64,000 bases of DNA from Desulfovibrio sp. UBA6121. Lineage in GTDB: Bacteria > Desulfobacterota > Desulfovibrionia > Desulfovibrionales > Desulfovibrionaceae. The position numbers were made by a program, and so were the translations under genes. Location of the stretch: contig DIVX01000141.1 in the NCBI GenBank assembly GCA_002422505.1, positions 1,191-65,190 on the forward strand, in the 5' to 3' direction. A model generated the notes under the pieces. The model made no database searches. It was not told where the DNA came from and was given only the letters and a program-made list of their open reading frames with translations. This document shows, in pieces, positions 57,034-64,000 of this stretch (position 1 is the stretch's first letter; every line of letters begins with the position of its first letter).

Positions 57034-58802
57034 AGTCTTATACTGAACACTTTTGGAGGGGTGTGTCACGCGTGACTAATTTGCTGAGTTTAGGGGGCTA
57101 CGGCGGTTTATTTCCCGCTACTGAAGCAGAATTCTTTGAGCAGATAAATAAACATTTTCAGGTCGGCGTAAACGTTCCCACCAGACTGTCTATGGGACTC
57201 ACTTCAACAGAAGGGGATAAGGCGTTTTCTGATTTTATAGATCGGATAGAACTTCATTGGCCAACATATGCCGCAGCCTGGAGTGAAGCCCTCAAATCAA
57301 AAAGTTTTAATAAGTTACCTGGAGCGATCAGACGTTTAATTAATCACCTCAAATCGACCGATATTGTTGATGTAGACTATCCATTGTTTCGGACTGTTGG
57401 TAATCCACAAAATAGTTTTTTTGATGTGCGTTTGCTAAAATCTTTGTCCATTCTTTGTGCAGGGGAAGCGATGTCACCCCACTTTCTCTATCTTCTTACA
57501 CAGGCGGATCCATTAGACCCTTTGAACTACCTTAATTATGCCGCACTCGCTCAGACTCTTTTAGATAAAGGTGAATTGCACAAAGCCGCTGGCTTTGCAG
57601 CTGAAGCTAGGCGATTACGCGCATACGATTTATGTGTTTCTAAAACTGTCATGGCTACGCGAAGGGACCTTCACCGCAAATCAACAAATCCTGAAGTGAA
57701 CACTAGGATTAAGGCTCATTACTCAGACCGATTTTGCTCTGCCCCCTTTGTTTTTTTGAATATCTTTTCGTATCAGGACAGACAGCCACTGGGCTTTACT
57801 TTATGCTTATGTTCAATGTGGGCACCGGTTGTATTCAGTAAAGATTTTGGTTGGAATAGCCAGCAAGCACAGGACTTCAGACATAGCATTCTGGACGGAA
57901 GCTTCCGATATTGTAACGAATTGCTTTGCCCATTTCTTGTGCATAACACTCTCCCCCGACGTGCCGACGTGAATGATCCTTATATGAAGATGATTATTAA
58001 TAATAATACCGCGGTACTTGATAGAGGTCCATCAAATATTGTATTGGCTTATGATAGGAGCTGCAATCTTTCGTGCCCGTCTTGCCGTGGAAAAGTCTAC
58101 CTGGCTGATCAAAAAACCACCAATTTTTATAATGAAATAATCAATGACCTACTTCCTCCTTTATTACTACAGGCAAAAACTCTTGAGCTATCGCAAACTG
58201 GTGAAGCGTTAGCCTCGCCACATTTCCGGAGTGTGCTTAAAGATATTGATCCACTAAAGTATCCCAATCTCAAAATTAAGTTGTTAAGCAACACAAAACT
58301 TGTCACACAAAGAACGTGGGATGAGTTGGGAGAAACAGCAAAATTGATAAAAACATTGCACTTGTCGATCGATGGCGCAACCCCACAAACACTTGAGAAG
58401 TTGAGAAGGGGATTGAGATGGGATGATATGTTAAAGTCATTAGATTTTGTTCGCGCTTTGCGGAGAAAGCTTACGCTAGAATCAATAATTGTTTGTTTTA
58501 TCGTTCAGCGAGATAACTTTCGAGAATTACCAGAAATGCTGAAGCTATGTTCAGAATATTGTGTCGATGTTTTTGTTCCATTACCTATACAGTCGCACGG
58601 ATCATATACGAATGATGAGTTCAGGGACCTTGATGTAGTAGACCCTGCACATCGGATGCATTCAGAATATTTAGATATTGTCAATAGCACACTTGCTGCC
58701 TATCGTTCCATGCAGGAAAACGCACACACCATATTGAGTGCTGGGCGGTCTATTCCAGTCTTGTCTGGGAGAATTTTTGCTCAGGGCAATAAAGTAAACT
58801 GA
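57030..58802 (+). CDS. Radical SAM protein type A (paralog of 49286)
   Basis: YDLC.S, YSDRFC..PF, SILDGSFRYC, CNLSCPSC, SQTGEALAS and SIDGATP.TLE.LRRGL.W. Start could be 57018, 57030 or 57072. Confidence 0.88.
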   Translation: MKSYTEHFWRGVSRVTNLLSLGGYGGLFPATEAEFFEQINKHFQVGVNVPTRLSMGLTSTEGDKAFSDFIDRIELHWPTYAAAWSEALKSKSFNKLPGAIRRLINHLKSTDIVDVDYPLFRTVGNPQNSFFDVRLLKSLSILCAGEAMSPHFLYLLTQADPLDPLNYLNYAALAQTLLDKGELHKAAGFAAEARRLRAYDLCVSKTVMATRRDLHRKSTNPEVNTRIKAHYSDRFCSAPFVFLNIFSYQDRQPLGFTLCLCSMWAPVVFSKDFGWNSQQAQDFRHSILDGSFRYCNELLCPFLVHNTLPRRADVNDPYMKMIINNNTAVLDRGPSNIVLAYDRSCNLSCPSCRGKVYLADQKTTNFYNEIINDLLPPLLLQAKTLELSQTGEALASPHFRSVLKDIDPLKYPNLKIKLLSNTKLVTQRTWDELGETAKLIKTLHLSIDGATPQTLEKLRRGLRWDDMLKSLDFVRALRRKLTLESIIVCFIVQRDNFRELPEMLKLCSEYCVDVFVPLPIQSHGSYTNDEFRDLDVVDPAHRMHSEYLDIVNSTLAAYRSMQENAHTILSAGRSIPVLSGRIFAQGNKVN

Positions 58803-59041
58803 ATTTTTTAGTCGTTTCATTAAAATGTTTGCGTAAGAGTATGTTCAAAAGCCGTTGTATCGTTTTGCTATATCTATAAAGCATCTTGTGATTCGATCGA
58901 AATTGTAGCTATAAGTGTGGTTGTTTCAGCTGTCTCTAGTGAGTTTTGCTTGGGGCTTTTTGATTACAAGACTTGCTATATGGTGCATTGCTTTCTGCTA
59001 GTCGTTTTACTTCTAACTCAAACAATGGTGAGCGTACACAA

Positions 59042-59806
59042 ATGAGAAAGATCACATGGCTCGGCGGATCTTCGGAGAAAGCAGTAGAGCGCTTTGCAGT
59101 CAACAATATTCTATTTGAACTCGATCACCAGGATTACAAAAAAAAAACCACGAAAGAATTAGTGCTACTTTGCAAGACATCACGTTTGCTTAAGTCATAT
59201 ATAGAAATATTTTCGAAGCATCGCTGTTCTAAAATTCTAGAGTTTGGAATATTTGAAGGTGGTAGTGCTCTTTTTTGTGCGTCCCTCCTCGATAATTTAG
59301 AAAAAATTGTTTCCGTTGATCTTCGGCCTTTTAATCCTGTTGTTGACAAGATTATTCGCCAGAACAATATGCAGGAACAGGTTAAGTTGTATTATGGTAT
59401 GCGCCAAGACAGTCCTGATATAAAAAAAATTGCAAGAGAAGAGTTCGCTGGTCAGATTGATATTATTATTGATGATTGCTCACACAGCTATGGGCCAACA
59501 AAGGCTTCTTTTGAAATGATGTTTCCACTCCTTTCACCAGGAGGTCTTTATATCATTGAAGATTGGGCCTGGGCACACTGGCCTGGATACCAATCCAAAG
59601 GAAGCACCTTCAGTAACGAACCTGCTCTCACAAATTTGATATTTGAATTAATTTCCTTGCGCGGCACTCACCAGGAATGGTTTCAAGATATTACAATTAA
59701 GAATGTTTCGATGGTCGTCATACAGAAGGGGAATGCGGCCATCGCTGAACCGATGGACATAGCGGGCTCAACTCTCATGAGGGGAAAACGACTTCAACCC
59801 ATTTAG
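59042..59806 (+). CDS. Class I SAM methyltransferase (Methyltransf_24/CmcI-like)
   Basis: ILEFGIFEGGS, DIIIDDCSH and FPLLSPGGLYIIEDW.WAH. Confidence 0.88.
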   Translation: MRKITWLGGSSEKAVERFAVNNILFELDHQDYKKKTTKELVLLCKTSRLLKSYIEIFSKHRCSKILEFGIFEGGSALFCASLLDNLEKIVSVDLRPFNPVVDKIIRQNNMQEQVKLYYGMRQDSPDIKKIAREEFAGQIDIIIDDCSHSYGPTKASFEMMFPLLSPGGLYIIEDWAWAHWPGYQSKGSTFSNEPALTNLIFELISLRGTHQEWFQDITIKNVSMVVIQKGNAAIAEPMDIAGSTLMRGKRLQPI

Positions 59807-59910
59807 TTGATCTGGTTTTGCGGACCACATTGAGTACAATAGAGCGTATAAAGACATTGGGGATAACTATGAATCCAAGCCGCAGTGAATTAGAAATTGA
59901 TGAACGCAGT

Positions 59911-60675
59911 ATGCGTAAATTTGATTATTGGGAAAGCAGTTCCGAGGAAAATATTAGCTATTTAGAAAGTAATGGGTTGCTTTTTGAGCTAGACTATCTC
60001 GACTATAAAAAGAAAAGTTCTGAAGAAAAGTTACTGCTGTGCAAACCAATTCAAATGGTTGAAGAGTATATTCGTTTATTCTCCCAATGTCCACACGGAC
60101 GAATCCTTGAGTTTGGTATATTTGAAGGTGGAAGTGCAATATTTTACGCTACACTTCTTAAGAATATAGAAAGAATTGTTTCTGTAGATCAGCGTTCACA
60201 CAGTCAAGTCGTTGAGAATATTATCCGCAAATGTGAATTACAAGACAAAGTTAAACTACATTATAAAACACCCCAAGACAGCCCGATTGTTAGAAGCATT
60301 GTGATGAATGAACTTGAGGGCAAGCCAGATATCATCATTGATGATTGCTCACATCTTTACGGCCCGACAAAGGGAACATTTCAAATGATGTTTCCGCTTC
60401 TTGCGCCAGGTGGGCTCTATATCATTGAGGATTGGGCTTGGGCACATCGCCCTCGACACCAGGTGGCCACATCGGTGTTTAACGGTGAGATAGCCCTTAC
60501 CAATCTACTCTTTGAGCTTATAGCTTTGAAAGGCACACAGATTGGTTGGTTTCAGGAGATTACTATAAACAAATTGGCAATGCTTATAATCAAAAAGGGA
60601 TACGAAGTGGTAGATGATCCACTGGATATCACCGCTGCTACTGCGATGCGCGGGAAAACAATAGGGTATATTTAA
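59911..60675 (+). CDS. Class I SAM methyltransferase, tandem paralog of 59042
   Basis: Same motifs, alignable end to end (LFELD..DYKKK, QDSP, ALTNL.FELI.L, MRGK). Start could be 59869 or 59911. Confidence 0.88.
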   Translation: MRKFDYWESSSEENISYLESNGLLFELDYLDYKKKSSEEKLLLCKPIQMVEEYIRLFSQCPHGRILEFGIFEGGSAIFYATLLKNIERIVSVDQRSHSQVVENIIRKCELQDKVKLHYKTPQDSPIVRSIVMNELEGKPDIIIDDCSHLYGPTKGTFQMMFPLLAPGGLYIIEDWAWAHRPRHQVATSVFNGEIALTNLLFELIALKGTQIGWFQEITINKLAMLIIKKGYEVVDDPLDITAATAMRGKTIGYI

Positions 60676-60739
60676 GTATGTTCTATGGATATACAGCCTT
60701 TCAAATTTGTCCTACATGGAACCGCGACGGGGAAAGAAA

Positions 60740-61519
60740 TTGAAGCCCGCCATTTTTATGCATATACAAAAGACTGCGGGCACGGCCATTATACAATTAC
60801 TTCGTGCCCATTATGGATATGCTAACTCCTCAAGCCATGGCGACCATTTTTCCCAACTTGACGAACTTACATTGGAAAACAGATTTTTTTCTAACTCTAA
60901 GCTGGTCGCACGGTATCAGTGTATGGGGTTTATTTCTGGTCACTTTGGTTACGACTTTTGCCGCAGGTTCATGGATGATAGGTATTCGTTTACATTTTTA
61001 CGTGACCCAGTCGAGCGCGTACTTTCGTACTATTTTTTCTGCCGCGAGCGGGATCCGCTGGAGTATTTTGAATATGGCCTATCGCAACGAGTACCTTTGG
61101 AAACTTTTTTAGGTATGGGGCTAAACAATCCAGCTCTGCGTATACGGATATGGAACAACATGACATGGGCACTTGCCCATGGGAATTGGGCCCATACACC
61201 ACGTGCGATAGACTCGTTTTCCTCGAACGAGCTGTTGGATCTCGCCCTCGATCATCTTTCACGTTTTACATTCATCGGATTGGCCGAGTGTTTTCAGCAT
61301 GATCGGGACACAATACTATCACATCTGGGGATTCCTGCTCCGCTTGACAACGAATATGTGAACGCAAACCTGGGACGTCCCAAGGCAAGGGACTTGTCTG
61401 AGTCAGCACGTAAAATTCTTGCAGATCTTACATGTCTTGACCAAATGCTTTATGATTCTGTATTAGCAACAAAGACTGATGCGAAAGGCGCTCCAATGCT
61501 AGGTGATGTAAATGCATGA
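60740..61519 (+). CDS. Sulfotransferase family 2 protein (paralog of 47436)
   Basis: PAIFMHIQKTAGT, HGDH, FISGHFGY.FC..FM.DRYSFTFLRDP and W.LAHG. Start uncertain between 60707 and 60740. Confidence 0.88.
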   Translation: MKPAIFMHIQKTAGTAIIQLLRAHYGYANSSSHGDHFSQLDELTLENRFFSNSKLVARYQCMGFISGHFGYDFCRRFMDDRYSFTFLRDPVERVLSYYFFCRERDPLEYFEYGLSQRVPLETFLGMGLNNPALRIRIWNNMTWALAHGNWAHTPRAIDSFSSNELLDLALDHLSRFTFIGLAECFQHDRDTILSHLGIPAPLDNEYVNANLGRPKARDLSESARKILADLTCLDQMLYDSVLATKTDAKGAPMLGDVNA

Positions 61520-62399
61520 TGCAATAAAACGGCTTAAAGCTTGTTGGAATATTCGTAGAACATTATACGATGCGGATACTACCCAAAAACATTTGGTTGC
61601 GGCAAGTCTTGAGTTGGTAAATACTCGCCTTGAGCTCGATTACGCTTTGAACGAAACTTTTCGTATTCGTTCGACATACCTTGACTTGATACAAAATTGT
61701 CTGACGGGATCAATATATAAGGATCCCTCCTGCACTGCGGGGGAAGTACAGGATTACGACTCCGGCACTCGTGAATCGGGTTGGGACTGGCCCCAAAATG
61801 CGCATACGATGATTGGCAGAAAACGCCTTGAAAATTTGCGTCTCTTGGCGGAAAGCGTCATCGGCAATAGTGTTCCAGGTGATTTTGTCGAGACTGGGGT
61901 ATGGCGTGGAGGAGCCTGCATACTTATGCGCGCAGTTTTGCATGCGTACAGCGTGCGTGACAGGAACGTATGGGTGGCTGATTCATTTGCTGGTCTTCCT
62001 GCACCAAACGGAATAACATACCCTGCGGACAGTAAGTCGAAATTTCATGAATATCCTGAACTCGCGGTTTCCCTTCCGGAAGTACAAGAAAATTTTCGCG
62101 CTTACGGCCTGCTAGATGAGCAGGTTATTTTTCTTGAAGGCTGGTTCAAGGATACACTGCCCAGCGCAGGCATAGCTCAACTCGCACTCATCCGCTTGGA
62201 CGGCGATATGTATGAGTCTACCATGGATGGATTGGTGAATCTCTACCCGAAACTTTCTTCTGGCGGGTATATCATCATTGATGACTATCACGTTGTGCCG
62301 CAATGTAAAGAAGCCGTGCAAGACTATTGGCGTGAGAATGAACTAGCGTTTGATTTATTTGAGATAGATGGTGTCGGTGTGTATTGGAAAAAAGCCTAG
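61512..62399 (+). CDS. TylF/MycF/NovP-family sugar O-methyltransferase
   Basis: TMIGRKRL, GDFVETGVWRGG, DSFAGLP, GWFKDTLP, RLDGDMYEST and GGYIIIDDY. Confidence 0.94.
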   Translation: MHDAIKRLKACWNIRRTLYDADTTQKHLVAASLELVNTRLELDYALNETFRIRSTYLDLIQNCLTGSIYKDPSCTAGEVQDYDSGTRESGWDWPQNAHTMIGRKRLENLRLLAESVIGNSVPGDFVETGVWRGGACILMRAVLHAYSVRDRNVWVADSFAGLPAPNGITYPADSKSKFHEYPELAVSLPEVQENFRAYGLLDEQVIFLEGWFKDTLPSAGIAQLALIRLDGDMYESTMDGLVNLYPKLSSGGYIIIDDYHVVPQCKEAVQDYWRENELAFDLFEIDGVGVYWKKA

Positions 62400-62583
62400 C
62401 AAGTTTTTTCGTTATCTTCTCACAGGTGAATCCAAGCGGGCGATGTTCAGTTCAATATTACATCATATAATTTTGGGTTTTCGCAAATGCAACGAAAACG
62501 ATTAACCTAAAATCTGCCATTCCGTTAAACAGGCCAATGATGCAAGCATGCCTATTCTATAATATACATCTTTCTGGATAAGT

Positions 62584-63600
62584 ATGAATGATATAGCTGC
62601 AATAGTATTAAACTACTGCAACTGGCAGGATACGGTTTCCTGTCTGGAAAGCTTGTTGCACAGCGAAGTTGCTCCCCGCTGGATCATTGTTATTGATAAC
62701 GCTTCCCCCAACGAATCTGTTGACGCTTTGCTGGCTTGGGCCACCGGAAATAACGTTTCATCTTCCTTTTCATCCTGGCCGGGACTCGCTCTCTCAAAGC
62801 CTATCAGGCCACGTACCTTGCGTTTTTTCCACGGCGCACCATCTGATGGTGAAGTTTCGTCCTTGATATCCGATAGTAGACTATGGTTGGTGCTCGTACG
62901 CAACTCCACAAATGCTGGATATGCCGGGGGAAACAATGTCGGATTAGCTTTGGGGCTTCGGTTGGGAGCCGATGCTTGTTGGATTCTTAATAATGACACT
63001 GTGGTGCATCCAACCACTTGTGGCGCCTTGCGGGATAGGCTGGCCGCTTGTGCAAGACCTGGACTTGTGGGGGGCATGGTCAGATATTTGGCTGCACCCA
63101 ATATCGTGCAATGCTGCTGTGGTGGTTTTACCAACCGATGGACTCTGCTGACCAAGACTTTTGGTCAGGGTTTGTCGCTGGATGCGGCCATTATGCTCTC
63201 TGCCCAGAAGATTGAGCGCGAGATGAATTTCATCTATGGAGCCTCGGTCATGGCCAGCCGAAAATTTGTTGAAACAGTTGGATTCATGGACGAACGCTAT
63301 TTCCTATATTGTGAAGAACAGGATTGGGCCTGGAGCGCTGCAGATCGTTTTGAACTGGCGTATGCTCCAGATGCACACACCCTTCATAGGGAAGGTGGCA
63401 GCACGGGCATGTCGCACAGCCGACGTTCGCTCGGTCGTCTTGGTCTGCTTTGCCGAAGTCGTCTTCGTTTGGCCGCAAAACACAATCCGGCTAGCCTACC
63501 CATTGTTACTTTTAGTCTAATTTATGCAGCTATACGGCTAGTGTTGAGATCGTGTAAGGAGCAAATTTCGGTTCGTATTCGTGATGACAAGACCATATAA
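62584..63600 (+). CDS. Glycosyltransferase family 2 (WbbL/rhamnosyltransferase-like)
   Basis: IVLNY..WQDT..CL.SL, IDNAS, NAGYAGGNNVG, ILNNDT and DERYFLYCEEQDW. Confidence 0.92.
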   Translation: MNDIAAIVLNYCNWQDTVSCLESLLHSEVAPRWIIVIDNASPNESVDALLAWATGNNVSSSFSSWPGLALSKPIRPRTLRFFHGAPSDGEVSSLISDSRLWLVLVRNSTNAGYAGGNNVGLALGLRLGADACWILNNDTVVHPTTCGALRDRLAACARPGLVGGMVRYLAAPNIVQCCCGGFTNRWTLLTKTFGQGLSLDAAIMLSAQKIEREMNFIYGASVMASRKFVETVGFMDERYFLYCEEQDWAWSAADRFELAYAPDAHTLHREGGSTGMSHSRRSLGRLGLLCRSRLRLAAKHNPASLPIVTFSLIYAAIRLVLRSCKEQISVRIRDDKTI

Positions 63601-63823
63601 TCTTCCGTCGATAAGGAATGTTTAGAAGCTGGCCGTGTCGAGTATTATATCTTTTGTGAATTCTTCGGTAAAGATGAGGTGTATAATCTATTTTGCTCGA
63701 CTTTCTCAACGCTTGGGAAATAATCATAACAACGATTTTCATCATACTGAACGGAGATAATATGTTTACCTTGAGCCTAGCTAGTACAGGCAGCATATTA
63801 GCAACGGGATTTGGGGTTTAATA

Positions 63824-64000
63824 TTGAAACCAAGTGTTCTCGTCACCGGCGGCGCCGGCTACATCGGCAGCCACGCCTGCAAGGCGCTGTCCCAGGCGGG
63901 CTACACGCCCGTGGCCTATGACAACCTCGTCTACGGCCACCGCGAGGCGGTCAAATGGGGGCCGCTGGTCGTGGGCGATACCGCTGACCGCCGTGCCCTG
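63824..64000 (+). CDS. galE: UDP-glucose 4-epimerase, partial (runs off the window)
   Basis: TTG start, then [22 protein letters not shown]...[21 protein letters not shown]. Not listed in the ORF track. Confidence 0.9.
   Translation, partial: MKPSVLVTGGAGYIGSHACKALSQAGYTPVAYDNLVYGHREAVKWGPLVVGDTADRRAL

Larger units (their letters stand above)
42400..63835. other. AT-richer horizontally acquired glycan-modification island
   Basis: Base composition and codon usage visibly shift at about 42.4 kb and revert at galE. Several IS elements lie inside. Confidence 0.8.

Overview
High-GC bacterial DNA, probably Desulfovibrionaceae (inferred from gene content such as nikR-folE2 and rubredoxin; no marker gene in the window). 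It has three parts. (1) 1-8.8 kb holds housekeeping and small genes: lemA-TPM, a methyltransferase, nikR-folE2, two flagellar-type small genes, rubredoxin, a TetR with a double palindrome, an unannotated 30-aa membrane peptide, a GT2 behind a sigma28-like promoter, and BON and four-helix-bundle proteins. (2) 9.4-42.4 kb is a cell-surface glycolipid/glycan cluster: cysC, wbaP, a YghO/bCerS-like N-acyltransferase next to an extended-SDR reductase, many glycosyltransferases (one GT21-like), flippases, GT-C-like membrane proteins, a radical SAM/SPASM enzyme, a MacAB-TolC-type exporter, and a thioesterase-less reducing type I PKS (RkpA/WcbR-like) coupled to a PLP alpha-oxoamine synthase. Together these suggest a PKS-fed (glyco)sphingolipid pathway, which is the top hypothesis and is untested. 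(3) 42.4-63.8 kb is a visibly AT-richer island: a methyltransferase-WbsX fusion, wzm/wzt, two sulfotransferases, four N-terminal-twitch radical SAM paralogs plus a relic of a fifth, three more methyltransferases, a GT2 and three IS3-family elements, one nested with a 5-bp target duplication. High GC resumes at galE at the right edge. All calls come from reading motifs by eye; no database search was run.
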